Positions 38,986-48,670 of a stretch of 64,000 nt of DNA are shown here, one piece after another. The translations under genes and the position numbers were made by a program. The notes below the pieces were generated by a model. The model made no database searches, was not told the DNA's origin, and saw only the letters and a program-made list of their open reading frames with translations. The DNA comes from an uncultured delta proteobacterium (GTDB taxonomy: Bacteria > Desulfobacterota > Binatia > DP-6): positions 256,001-320,000 of the forward strand of contig CAWFFN010000008.1 of NCBI GenBank assembly GCA_963815115.1, read 5' to 3'. How positions within the stretch are numbered: the stretch's first letter is position 1; every line of letters starts with the position of its first letter.

Positions 38986-41900
38986 TCAGAAGTAGCTTCC
39001 CCCGAGGGCCGGCGGGCGCCGCAGCCCGAGCGCCTGGAGCGGAGCGAAGCCGACGTAGTTCCCCACCGGCCCCTCGCCGAACGAGCCGAGCCCGAGGAGG
39101 GTGATCTGGAAGCGGTAGAGCGTCTCGCCGGTGTCGAAGCGGTCGCTCACCCCGAACTCGGCCGCCCAGCAGTTGCAGCGCGAGATCAGCCGCAGGAGGT
39201 AGTCGCGCTCGATGAAATGCGGGCCGACGTTCTCGAAGCGGCCGTTCTGCTTCACCAGCTGGCCGCCGTTCAGGTCGTAGCGCGACACGAAGGTGAAGCC
39301 GGCGTAGTCGCCGAACCGGATGTAGACGTAGGCGTCGGTCTCCTCGAGGCCTCCGTTGGCGAACAGTCGGGACTGGGGCGTGCCCGCCGGGATGCCGAGC
39401 TCGTTCACGTTCTCGTCCACCTTCCGGTAGGAGACGCCGATCGTGGTCGGTGACTGGAACGGGTTCCCCTTGGGCGGGACGTAGTTCGGCTCGCGCAGCA
39501 CCATGGCGTAGCTCTGCGCGGCCAGCCTGCCCTGGATCGGGTCGATCGAGCTGGCGTACGACAACGCGAGGTAGTCGATCGGCGTCAGGCGCAGCCCGAG
39601 GTCGAGGTTGGCGAAGTGGCTCGGCGGGCTGATCTCGCGCGACACGTCCCAGCCGCTGGTGACGCTCCCTCGCAGCAGCTCGCGCGACGGCGTGGCGGCA
39701 GGAAGCGACAGCGGCGCCGGAGGCCCCACGAAGCTCGGGATCTGGTGGCGGCGGCGGGGTGTCGCTCGCCACCTTGCCACGCCCCAGCAGCCGCGTCGTG
39801 ATGCCGTAGGAGAAGAAGTTGCGGTGCTCGATGGCGTCGAGGCCGTCGAAGAGATAGCCGCGGCTGAACAGCGTACCCTTGCAGTAGACGCCGTAGTTCG
39901 GGTTGGAGCTTGATGCAATTGCCGTGCTTGTCGAACGCGAGGCAGGCCGGACACCCCGGATCGTCGGGCAGCGTGTCGGGCAGGGCTCTGCTGGCCCAGC
40001 TGCTCGTTGGTCGCGGGCACGTAGAGGTAGCGCAGCTCGGGCTCGAGGGAGTGGCGAAGCTTCTCGAGCCCGAAGTGCTCGAAGGTGAAGACGCGCGACA
40101 GCTCGGTGCCCAGCACGCCGCGGACCTCCGCCACGCCGCGCGTGTGCGAGGCATCCAGGGCCGGCAGGCCGCGCGTGGCGCGGAAGGTCGTCGCGACGTT
40201 CGGATCGTTGGGAACCACCAGCGCGATCTGGCGCTGGTCGGCGAGCTGGTAGAGGGTGCCGTGGAGCTGCCCGGTGAGGGAGCCGTGCACGAAGCGCCCG
40301 GCGTTGAACGGCACGAACAGCTCCGGCGCGACGTCGCCCCGGAAGCCGTCGAAGCCCTCGTTGCGCTGGAAGTCGATGGCCTCGCCGCCGAGACGGCCGA
40401 CGGCCAGCCCGCCGAGGAGCGGGATCGACTGCTCGGCGCGCAGCCGCGGCGCGCGCTGCGGCGTGAGCTCCTGGGGGTCTTCCAGGTCCTGGTAGTAGTT
40501 GGCCTCGCCCTGCACCAGGCCGCCGTTCCAGGTCTTGATGACACCTGTCGCCGAGCTCGTGTACGTGGTGCTCCGGATCAGCCGCAGGTCGTTGCCGAGG
40601 TTGCTCGAGAAGTTGGTGATCTCCTTCAGCAGGGTCGTGTCGCTCACCGCGAACACGTCGAGGTAGAACTGGCTGTCGGCGACGAACGGCGAGCGGTGCT
40701 GCCCGAGCGCCAGCCAGCGGTTCTCGGGCGGGGTCTGCAAGATGCCCTGGGACGACAGCACCTGGTCCGCCTTCGCGGAGCGGATCGCCTCGTTCCAGTA
40801 GCCGCCACCGAAGGTGCCACGGAAGTCGTGCGAGAGCGCGTAGCGGTACTCGCCGATCAACCCGAGTCGCGCCGCGGTCTCGATGTCGAGCGCGACCGTC
40901 GCGTCCATGCTCTTGTTGATCGACCAGAAGAACGGCTGCTCGTACTGGAATCCGCGCCGGTTCGAGTAGCCGAAGCGCGGCAAGAGGAACCCGGTCTGAC
41001 GATCCCGGTTGGCGGGGAACGCGAAGATGGGCAGCCAGAGCACCGGGACGTCCTTGATCCGCAGGGTGGCGCCGCGCGAGACGCCAAGGCCGTTCAGCGC
41101 GACGTCGGTGCGGTTGCTCCCGATGCTCCAGGAGGGACGCTCGAGCCCGCCGCAGTGGCAGGTCGTGAAGACCCCGTTCTCGATGTGGTAGCTCGGACCG
41201 ACCCCCTTGGTCATCTTGGTCGCGTCCAGGCTGTAGTTGCTGCTCGAGAACGTGCCGTCGACGCGCTCCATCCAGCCCGACTCGTCGTTCATGTCGATTG
41301 ACGCCGCGTCGCCCTTCACGTCCGCATCGGGATCGGAGATCACGACGTGCCCGTTGGCTTCCGCCATGCCGGTGAGGCGATGGTAGCGCACCTCGTCGGC
41401 CTGGAGGGTGACGAAGCCGCGCGTCACGGTGACGCTGCCGCGCGCGATCGTGGTGTCGGTCTCCTGGTCGTAGGTGAGCTCCTCGGCATCGATCTGGATC
41501 TGCTGGACGTCCCCTTCGCCACGCTCGCCCACCTGGATCTTCGGCGCCCGCATCCTGCCGGTCGGCCCGATGGTCGCCGTCGCCGTCGGTGCGGGCTGGC
41601 GCCCGCGGAGCGTGACCAGGACGTCGCCGAGGGCCGAGGGGCGCGCCACGGCGTAGGTGACGGGCTGGCGTACGAAGATGACGACGCTGGTTCCCGTCGC
41701 CTCCGGGAGCACGCGCACGGTGCTGACGAGGGGGTCGGCGATCTCGATCGCCGCCGGCTTGGAGGTGTCGAGACCGCGCAGGAAGAGCGTGATCTCGTCC
41801 TGGAACGTCTCGCCGGTGCTGGCCGGACCCTGGCCGGCCGCCGTCGGCTTCGCGCCGACCGTGCGGTCCTCCACCACCGTGTCGGGTCGGGCGCGCACCG

Positions 41901-42048
41901 AGACCGACGTCGTGGGCTGTGGCGGCGGGGTCGACACCACGCGCACCTCCGCCGGCATCGCCTCGGCGGCGCACGCGAGCCGGCACCCGAACACCACGGC
42001 GCCAAGGACGGCGACCACCCCACCTCGTGCCCCCGGCCGGGCCGTCAT
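38986..42048 (-). CDS. lptD: LPS-assembly protein LptD with extra N-terminal domain; three compensating +1 indels at ~39737-39985
   Basis: IDAEELTYD, FTTCHC...PSWSI, RQTGFLLP, HSLEPELRYLYVP, SRCNCWA; conserved 'FDGLDAI..RNFFSYGITTRLL' lies in an alternate frame. Confidence 0.88.
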   Translation of the reverse strand: MTARPGARGGVVAVLGAVVFGCRLACAAEAMPAEVRVVSTPPPQPTTSVSVRARPDTVVEDRTVGAKPTAAGQGPASTGETFQDEITLFLRGLDTSKPAAIEIADPLVSTVRVLPEATGTSVVIFVRQPVTYAVARPSALGDVLVTLRGRQPAPTATATIGPTGRMRAPKIQVGERGEGDVQQIQIDAEELTYDQETDTTIARGSVTVTRGFVTLQADEVRYHRLTGMAEANGHVVISDPDADVKGDAASIDMNDESGWMERVDGTFSSSNYSLDATKMTKGVGPSYHIENGVFTTCHCGGLERPSWSIGSNRTDVALNGLGVSRGATLRIKDVPVLWLPIFAFPANRDRQTGFLLPRFGYSNRRGFQYEQPFFWSINKSMDATVALDIETAARLGLIGEYRYALSHDFRGTFGGGYWNEAIRSAKADQVLSSQGILQTPPENRWLALGQHRSPFVADSQFYLDVFAVSDTTLLKEITNFSSNLGNDLRLIRSTTYTSSATGVIKTWNGGLVQGEANYYQDLEDPQELTPQRAPRLRAEQSIPLLGGLAVGRLGGEAIDFQRNEGFDGFRGDVAPELFVPFNAGRFVHGSLTGQLHGTLYQLADQRQIALVVPNDPNVATTFRATRGLPALDASHTRGVAEVRGVLGTELSRVFTFEHFGLEKLRHSLEPELRYLYVPATNEQLGQQSPARHAARRSGVSGLPRVRQARQLHQAPTRTTASTARVRCSAAAISSTASTPSSTATSSPTASRRGCWGVARWRATPRRRHQIPSFVGPPAPLSLPAATPSRELLRGSVTSGWDVSREISPPSHFANLDLGLRLTPIDYLALSYASSIDPIQGRLAAQSYAMVLREPNYVPPKGNPFQSPTTIGVSYRKVDENVNELGIPAGTPQSRLFANGGLEETDAYVYIRFGDYAGFTFVSRYDLNGGQLVKQNGRFENVGPHFIERDYLLRLISRCNCWAAEFGVSDRFDTGETLYRFQITLLGLGSFGEGPVGNYVGFAPLQALGLRRPPALGGSYF

Positions 42049-42060
42049 CGCGGCGGTTCT

Positions 42061-43362
42061 CTAGCATTCCATGCCCCATCCCTGCCAGGCCTCGAAGAGC
42101 GCCGGCGGTCCGAGCTCGGCGTACGCCTCGCCGGCGAGAAAGAGCGACCCGGCCACCAGGACCGCGTCGCGCGCCGAGGCGCCCTCGAGTCCTGCCCGGA
42201 CCGCGGCGCGGGGATCGCCGACGACGCGGGTCGGCCGGCGGCCGCCGATGGCGTCCGCGAGCACCGCGGGATCGAGTCCACGCCGCCCCACTCGCGTCAC
42301 GATGATCTCGGCGGCCGGCTCCATGAGGCGGTCGAGCATCGCCGTCCAGGCCTTGTCGGCCATGACCGCGAAGACGAGGACCAGCCGCCGATCCCCGAGC
42401 AGGCGCGGCAGCTCGGCCGCCAGCGCCTCCACGCCGGCGGGATTGTGGGCGCCGTCCACCACCACCAGCGGCCGCTCGCGGACCACCGCGAGCCGCCCTG
42501 GCCAGCGCACCCCGGCAAGCCCCGCACGCACCGCCCCCTCGGGCGCGGGGAAGCGGTCCCGGATCGAGGTCAGGAGGAGCAGGGCAACCTCCGCGTTGCC
42601 GCGCTGGAAGGCCCCCTCGAGCCCGAGCCTGAGGCCGTCCCAGCGCACCCCCCCGGGACCGTGGAAGGCGAGGCCGCCGCCTGCCGGCTCGAGAGCGCCG
42701 TCGCGCCCGGCGTGCGTCAGCGGGGAACCCAGCTCCGCCGCGCGTGCCGTCACCGCGGCGTCCGCCTCCGGGGCCAGGCGCCCGAGGACCATCGGCACTG
42801 CCGGCTTGGCGATCCCCGCCTTCTCGAGCGCGATCTCGCGGAGCTGGCGTCCGAGCCACTCCTCGTGGTCGAGGGCGATCGAGGTGATCGCCGTGGCGAT
42901 CGGCCGCACCGTGTTGGTCGCATCGAGCCGGCCGCCGAGCCCCACCTCGACGACGCCCACCTCGATCCCGATGCGGGCGAACCACTCGAGGGCGATCAAC
43001 GTGGAGAACTCGAAGTGGGTGAGCGCGATGCCGGCGCCGGCGAGCGCCTCCTGCTGCTCGGCGACCAGGGCCACGACGTCGTCGTGGGGAATGGTCCCGC
43101 CGCCCGCCCGGATGCGTTCCGCGAAGTCGACCAGGTGGGGCGAGGTGTAGAGTCCCGTGCGATGGCCCGCCGCGCGCAGCACCGCCTCCAGCATGGCGGC
43201 GGTGGAGCCCTTGCCGTTCGTCCCGGCGACGTGCACCGCGGGATAGGCCTCCTCGGGATGCCCGCGGAGCGCGAGCGCGGCCCGCATGCGCTCGAGCTTC
43301 AGGTCCCAGCCCGCGGTGATCTCGAGCGCCTGCAGCCAGGCGATGGTTTCGTCGTACGTCAA
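42061..43362 (-). CDS. folC: Bifunctional folylpolyglutamate synthase/dihydrofolate synthase
   Basis: TTG start; HVAGTNGKGS, YTSPHL, EVGLGGRLDATN, WPGRL, DGAHNP, AGSLFL. Confidence 0.95.
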   Translation of the reverse strand: MTYDETIAWLQALEITAGWDLKLERMRAALALRGHPEEAYPAVHVAGTNGKGSTAAMLEAVLRAAGHRTGLYTSPHLVDFAERIRAGGGTIPHDDVVALVAEQQEALAGAGIALTHFEFSTLIALEWFARIGIEVGVVEVGLGGRLDATNTVRPIATAITSIALDHEEWLGRQLREIALEKAGIAKPAVPMVLGRLAPEADAAVTARAAELGSPLTHAGRDGALEPAGGGLAFHGPGGVRWDGLRLGLEGAFQRGNAEVALLLLTSIRDRFPAPEGAVRAGLAGVRWPGRLAVVRERPLVVVDGAHNPAGVEALAAELPRLLGDRRLVLVFAVMADKAWTAMLDRLMEPAAEIIVTRVGRRGLDPAVLADAIGGRRPTRVVGDPRAAVRAGLEGASARDAVLVAGSLFLAGEAYAELGPPALFEAWQGWGMEC

Positions 43363-43364
43363 AG

Positions 43365-43650
43365 CGACCCGAGACTCCGTCTCGGGTCGAGAACGGAGGC
43401 GAGCGTGCGGCGTTCCGTGGATCGGGCGAGCGCGGTGCCGCGGCCGGCAAAGCCAGCGCGGCAAAACGTGGCACGCCCGAGTTCCGGGTGCAATCCGTGG
43501 TGCGCCACCCCCAAACATGCCATCTCAGCTACGGGGTCGCGCTCCGGCACGCCTGCCGCGCCGGCTTCGCTGGCCGCGGCACGCCACTCGCAGTGTTCAT
43601 CGCGTCTCATTCTCGCATTCCGTCCCGACCCGAGACGGAGTCTCGGGTCG
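43365..43650. repeat. Palindromic repeat element, copy 2 (REPIN/MITE-like, four hairpins)
   Basis: Perfect 25-bp terminal inverted repeats, each itself a hairpin (cgacccgagac-tcc-gtctcgggtcg ... cgacccgagac-gga-gtctcgggtcg); inner hairpins 43436-43463 and 43554-43581. Confidence 0.82.
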
Positions 43651-43655
43651 GAATG

Positions 43656-44459
43656 CTACCGGCCCGCGGCGCGCATGGCGGCAGCGAGACCGCCGACGAA
43701 CCCGGCCACGCGGGCCGGCGCCTCCTCCGCCGTCGAGCTCTCGATGACCCGGGCGAGGGCGCTCCCGACGATGACTGCGTCCGCGAAGCCCGCCACCCAG
43801 GCGGCCTGTTCCGGGCTCTGCACGCCGAAGCCGACGCCCACCGGCAGGTCGGTGATCTCGCGCACGGCGGCGACCAGTCCGGGCAGCTCGGGCGGCAGCG
43901 TCGCTCGAGCGCCGGTCACCCCGAGCACCGAGACCAGGTAGAGGAAGCCGCTGGCCGACGCCGCGATCCGACGGATGCGGCTCGCGGGCGTGGTGGGGGC
44001 GAGGAGCGCGATCAGATCGAGGCCGGCACCCTGCGCGGCGGCTCGGAGCTCGCCGGCCTCCTCGGGCGGGAGGTCGACGCAGAGCAGGCCGTCGACGCCC
44101 GCGGCGGCGGCGTCGCGGGCGATCGCCTCCACGCCGTAGCGAAAGAAGGGATTGTAGTAGCCGAACAGCACGATGGGCGCGTCGAGGTCGCGGCGCAGCT
44201 CGACCACCGTCTCCAGGATGCGAGGAAGCGTCGTACCCGCCGCGACGGCGCGCGCCGCCGAGCGCTGGAGGACGGGACCGTCCGCCATGGGGTCGGAGAA
44301 GGGCACCCCGAGCTCGACGAGGTCGGCGCCCGCATCCACCGCCGCACGCACCAGCTCGGCGGTGAGGTCGAGCGACGGATCACCGGCCGTCAGGTACGCG
44401 ACGAGGGCAGCGCGGCCCCGGGCGCGGCGGGTGGCGAGCACCTCGGCGATGCGGTTCAC
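43656..44459 (-). CDS. trpA: Tryptophan synthase alpha chain
   Basis: [35 protein letters not shown]. Confidence 0.96.
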   Translation of the reverse strand: MNRIAEVLATRRARGRAALVAYLTAGDPSLDLTAELVRAAVDAGADLVELGVPFSDPMADGPVLQRSAARAVAAGTTLPRILETVVELRRDLDAPIVLFGYYNPFFRYGVEAIARDAAAAGVDGLLCVDLPPEEAGELRAAAQGAGLDLIALLAPTTPASRIRRIAASASGFLYLVSVLGVTGARATLPPELPGLVAAVREITDLPVGVGFGVQSPEQAAWVAGFADAVIVGSALARVIESSTAEEAPARVAGFVGGLAAAMRAAGR

Positions 44460-45691
44460 GTGAGCTGCACCCCCAGATAGGCCGCAACCGTTCCCATGTC
44501 CTTGTCGCCGCGGCCCGAAAGATTGACGAGCAGCGTGCGGCGACGGTCGAGCCTGGGGGCCAGCCGCACGGCGTGTGCGATGGCGTGGGCGCTCTCGAGC
44601 GCCGGGATGATGCCCTCCGTGGCCGTCAGGAGCCGCAGCGCCTCGACCGCCTCGTCGTCGGTGACGGTGACGTAGGTCGCGCGCCCGCTGTCGCGCAGCC
44701 AGGCGTGCTCGGGGCCGACCCCCGGGTAGTCCAGGCCGGCGGAGATCGAGTGGGCGTTGCGGATCTGCCCCGTCTCGTCCTGCAGGAGGTAGGTCTTGTT
44801 GCCGTGCAGGACGCCCACCTGTCCGGCGGTGAGAGACGCCGCGTGCTCGCCGGTGTCCATCCCGCGGCCGGCCGCCTCGACACCGATCAGCTGCACCTTG
44901 CGGTCGTCACGGAAGGCGTGGAAGAGGCCGATGGCGTTGCTCCCACCCCCCACGCAGGCGATGCACGCGTCCGGCAGCCGGCCCGTGGCCCGGCGGATCT
45001 GCTGCCGCGCCTCCCGGCCGATGACGGCCTGGAACTCGCGCACCATGAGCGGATAGGGATGCGGACCGGCGACCGTGCCGATGACGTAGAAGGTGTCGCG
45101 CACGGTGGCGATCCAGTCGCGCAACGCCTCGTTCATGGCGTCCTTCAGGGTGCGCGATCCCGACTCGACGACGCGCACGTCGGCGCCGAGCAGCTTCATG
45201 CGGAAGACGTTCAGGCTCTGACGCTGCACGTCCTCCGCGCCCATGAACACCTCGCAACGCAGGCCGAACAGCGCGGCCACCGTCGCCGTGGCCACGCCGT
45301 GCTGGCCGGCGCCCGTCTCGGCGATGAGCCGGGTCTTGCCGAGTCGTCGCGCCACCAGCACCTGGCCGATGGTGTTGTTCACCTTGTGCGCTCCGGTGTG
45401 CAGCAGGTCCTCGCGCTTGAGGTAGATGCGCGCGCCTCCGAGCCGCTCGGAGAGACGGCGGGCGAAGTAGAGCCGGGTGGGCCGGCCCGCGTAGTCCCGC
45501 AGCCAGCTCCCCAGCTCGCGCCGGAAGCGCGCCTCCCGGCGCAGCTTCGCCCACGCCTGCTCGAGCTCGAGCAGCGCGGGCATCAGGGTCTCGGCGACAT
45601 AGCGGCCGCCGTACACCCCGAAGTGTCCCTCCGCGTCGGGTTGGTCCCTACGCGGCCTTGGCGCGACGGATGAAGTCCTCGATCTTGTCAT
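44456..45691 (-). CDS. trpB: Tryptophan synthase beta chain
   Basis: [53 protein letters not shown]. Confidence 0.97.
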   Translation of the reverse strand: MTRSRTSSVAPRPRRDQPDAEGHFGVYGGRYVAETLMPALLELEQAWAKLRREARFRRELGSWLRDYAGRPTRLYFARRLSERLGGARIYLKREDLLHTGAHKVNNTIGQVLVARRLGKTRLIAETGAGQHGVATATVAALFGLRCEVFMGAEDVQRQSLNVFRMKLLGADVRVVESGSRTLKDAMNEALRDWIATVRDTFYVIGTVAGPHPYPLMVREFQAVIGREARQQIRRATGRLPDACIACVGGGSNAIGLFHAFRDDRKVQLIGVEAAGRGMDTGEHAASLTAGQVGVLHGNKTYLLQDETGQIRNAHSISAGLDYPGVGPEHAWLRDSGRATYVTVTDDEAVEALRLLTATEGIIPALESAHAIAHAVRLAPRLDRRRTLLVNLSGRGDKDMGTVAAYLGVQLT

Positions 45692-46259
45692 GGTCCTTGA
45701 TCCCCGGTGCGCTCTCGACACCCGACGCCACGTCGACCGCAAAGGGACGCAGCAGGCGCACCGCCGCTGCGACCGTCTCGGGGCGGAGGCCGCCGGCGAC
45801 GAACAGCCTCTCGGTCGCCAGCCCCCGCGCGCGCTCCGGGTCGAGCGCGACGCCCGTGCCGCCGGGCCGGCCGGCGACGAAGCTGTCGAGCAGCAGGTAG
45901 TCCGTGTCATACGCCGCAGCGAGCGCGGCGGGGTCGTCTCCCGAGCGCACGCGCAGCGCCTTGATCGTCCGTACGCCGAAGCCGCGGCACGCGGCCGGCT
46001 GCTCGTCGCCGTGGAGCTGGAGCGCCCACAGCCCGAGCCGCCGCACCAGGCGCTCCATCTCCGCCCGCGGCGCATCGACGAACACGCCGACGAGGCGCAC
46101 GTCCGGGATCGCCGCGGCGATGGCGGCCGCGGTCTCCTCGTCGACGTGACGCGGGCTGGGCGGATGGAAGTTGAGGCCCACGAAGTCGGCGCCGCTGTCG
46201 ACCGCGGCGCGCGCGTCGTCGACCGTGCGCACGCCGCAGATCTTCACCATCACGGTCAC
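45648..46259 (-). CDS. trpF: Phosphoribosylanthranilate isomerase
   Basis: VKICG, QLHGDE, GGTG, AGGL, DVASGVE. Confidence 0.95.
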   Translation of the reverse strand: MTVMVKICGVRTVDDARAAVDSGADFVGLNFHPPSPRHVDEETAAAIAAAIPDVRLVGVFVDAPRAEMERLVRRLGLWALQLHGDEQPAACRGFGVRTIKALRVRSGDDPAALAAAYDTDYLLLDSFVAGRPGGTGVALDPERARGLATERLFVAGGLRPETVAAAVRLLRPFAVDVASGVESAPGIKDHDKIEDFIRRAKAA

Positions 46260-47029
46260 GCGAACAGCTCCCGGAGCGCCGCGCCCGGGTCGGGGGCCGC
46301 CATGAACGCCTCGCCCACGAGCACCGCCCGCGCGCCCGCGTTGCGCATGCGGCGGACGTCGGCCGGACGATGGATGCCGCTCTCGGCGACGAGGATCACT
46401 CCCTCGGGAACCAGCCCGGCGAGCTGCTCGGTGGTCTCGAGCCTGGTCTCGAACGTCCGCAGGTCGCGGTTGTTGACCCCCACGAGCGTCGCGCCGAGCC
46501 CCAGCGCCGCGTCGAGCTCGCGCCGGTCGTGCACCTCGACCAGGGCATCCAGGCCGTGGGCCCGCGCCGCCGCCAGCAGCTCGGCGCCCAGGGCCGCGCC
46601 GACGGCGGCGACGATGACGAGGATGGCGTCCGCTCCCCAGGCGCGTGCCTCCTCCACCTGGTAGGAATCGACCAGGAAGTCCTTGCGCAGGAGCGGCAGG
46701 CGTACGGCATCCCTGGCGGCGGCGAGGTGCGCGAGCGCACCCTGGAACCAGCGCGGCTCGGTGAGGACGGAGATCGCCGTGGCGCCGGCCTCTGCATAGC
46801 TCCGCGCGTGCGCCGCCGGATCGAAGGCCGTCCGGATGACGCCGCGGGACGGCGAGGCGCGCTTGATCTCGGCGATGACGGCCGTCGCCGTCGCGGCGGC
46901 CAGCGCGGCCCGGAAGCCCCGTCGCGGCTCGTGCCAGTGCGGCAGATCGCGCAGCGCCGCGGGTGCAGCCGCCCGGCGCGCTGCCGCCACGGCCTCACGC
47001 GTGTGGGCCAGGATGTCGTCGAGGATCAT
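46256..47029 (-). CDS. trpC: Indole-3-glycerol phosphate synthase
   Basis: IAEIKRASPS, SVLTE, LRKDF, GVNNRDL, AESGI. Confidence 0.95.
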   Translation of the reverse strand: MILDDILAHTREAVAAARRAAAPAALRDLPHWHEPRRGFRAALAAATATAVIAEIKRASPSRGVIRTAFDPAAHARSYAEAGATAISVLTEPRWFQGALAHLAAARDAVRLPLLRKDFLVDSYQVEEARAWGADAILVIVAAVGAALGAELLAAARAHGLDALVEVHDRRELDAALGLGATLVGVNNRDLRTFETRLETTEQLAGLVPEGVILVAESGIHRPADVRRMRNAGARAVLVGEAFMAAPDPGAALRELFA

Positions 47030-47036
47030 GACGGGA

Positions 47037-48074
47037 TCAGCCCGCGGCCTCCGCCGCTCGCCCTCGCCGCGTGAAGCGGGCGAGGCGCTCGAGTGTCGCC
47101 GCGGCGCCACCCGAGTCGATCGCGGCCTGCGCGCGCCCCACCCCGTCGGCCAGGCCCGCGGCCGCGCCTGCCACGACGAGCGCCGCCGCCGCGTTCAGGC
47201 AGACGACGTCGCGCGCCGGACCGGGCTCGCCGGCCAGAACGCCTCGCACGCGAGCCGCCGACTCGGCCACCGAGCCGACCCGCAGGACCGCGTTCGGCGC
47301 CGGCCGCAGCCCGGCGCCGGCCGCGTCGATCGTGAAGGTGCGTACCCCCCCCGCGCCGACCTCCGCCACGGCCGACGGCCCCTCGAGGGCGAGCTCGTCC
47401 AGACCGCCGGCTCCGTGCACGACCCAGGCCCGCTCGCTGCCGAGGGCTGCGAGCGCCCGGGCGACGGGCTCCACCAGGCGGCGCTCGCCGACGCCGACCA
47501 CCTGTCGACGGATGCCGGCGGGGTTCACCAGCGGACCGAGCAGGTTGAAGATCGTGCGCACGCCGAGCTCGCGGCGCACCGCGCTCACGCGCGCGAGGAG
47601 CGGATGGAGCGCGGGCGCATACAGGAAGGCGATTCCGACCTCGCGCAGACAGGCACCGAGGAGGTCCGGCGACTGCTCCACCGCGACGCCCATCTCCTCG
47701 AGGAGATCCGCGCTCCCGGCGCTTCCCGAGACGGCGCGATTGCCGTGCTTCGCCACCGGGATGCCCGCTGCCGCGACGACCAGCGCGGCGGCGGTGGACA
47801 CGTTGAACGTGCGGGCTCCGTCACCACCCGTGCCGCAGGTGTCGACGGCCTCGGCGGGAACGCCGGGGATCCCGATGGCGTGCGCGCGCAGCACGCGCGC
47901 GGCCCCGACCAGCTCGTCGACGTGCTCGCCCTTCTGGCGGAGCCCGACCAGGAGTGCCGCGACCTGCGCCGGCGTGGCATCGCCGCGCAGCACGGCCTCC
48001 ATGACCGCCGCCATCTCGGATTCGCCGAGATGGCCGCCGCCGAGCACGCGCTGGATGGCCGCCTGCGGCGTCAT
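47037..48074 (-). CDS. trpD: Anthranilate phosphoribosyltransferase
   Basis: [36 protein letters not shown]. Confidence 0.95.
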   Translation of the reverse strand: MTPQAAIQRVLGGGHLGESEMAAVMEAVLRGDATPAQVAALLVGLRQKGEHVDELVGAARVLRAHAIGIPGVPAEAVDTCGTGGDGARTFNVSTAAALVVAAAGIPVAKHGNRAVSGSAGSADLLEEMGVAVEQSPDLLGACLREVGIAFLYAPALHPLLARVSAVRRELGVRTIFNLLGPLVNPAGIRRQVVGVGERRLVEPVARALAALGSERAWVVHGAGGLDELALEGPSAVAEVGAGGVRTFTIDAAGAGLRPAPNAVLRVGSVAESAARVRGVLAGEPGPARDVVCLNAAAALVVAGAAAGLADGVGRAQAAIDSGGAAATLERLARFTRRGRAAEAAG

Positions 48075-48670
48075 CGCGGCGTGGCGGCGCGGGCCGGGAG
48101 GCGGCCGAGGAAGTTGCCGAGGAGTCGCTTCCCCTCCAGCGTCAGGATCGATTCGGGGTGGAACTGCACGCCCTCCACGAAGGCGCTCCGGTGCCGCACG
48201 CCCATGATCTCGCCCTCGGCCGTCCACGCGGTCCGCCGCAGCACCGCGGGCAGCGTGCCGGGGTCGATCACCAGGGAATGATAGCGGGTCGCGTCGAAGG
48301 GATCGGGCAGGCCGGCGAAGACGCCCGTGTCGTCGTGATGGATGGGCGAGGTCTTGCCGTGCATGATGCGCGGCGCGCGTACCACGTCGCCGCCGAAGGC
48401 GGCGCCGATCGCCTGGTGGCCCAGGCAGACCCCGAGGATCGGGACCTCGCCGGCGAACCGCTGGATCAGCGGCACCGAGATGCCGGCCTCGCGCGGAGTG
48501 CAGGGCCCCGGCGAGATGACGATGCCGTCCGGCGCCAGCTCCACCACGTCGTCGAGGCCGACGGCGTCGTTGCGCCGTACCTCGACCTCCGCTCCGAGCT
48601 CGGCGAGATACTGCACCAGGTTGTAGGTGAAGGAGTCGTAGTTGTCGATCATGAGCAGCCGCGGCGGCAT
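48071..48670 (-). CDS. trpG: Anthranilate synthase glutamine amidotransferase component II
   Basis: [33 protein letters not shown]. Confidence 0.93.
   Translation of the reverse strand: MPPRLLMIDNYDSFTYNLVQYLAELGAEVEVRRNDAVGLDDVVELAPDGIVISPGPCTPREAGISVPLIQRFAGEVPILGVCLGHQAIGAAFGGDVVRAPRIMHGKTSPIHHDDTGVFAGLPDPFDATRYHSLVIDPGTLPAVLRRTAWTAEGEIMGVRHRSAFVEGVQFHPESILTLEGKRLLGNFLGRLPARAATPR

Noticed and set aside
43460-43520. sigma54 promoter inside the repeat core (tggcac...)
   Set aside because: No GC at the required -12 spacing on either strand, and not conserved in copy 1
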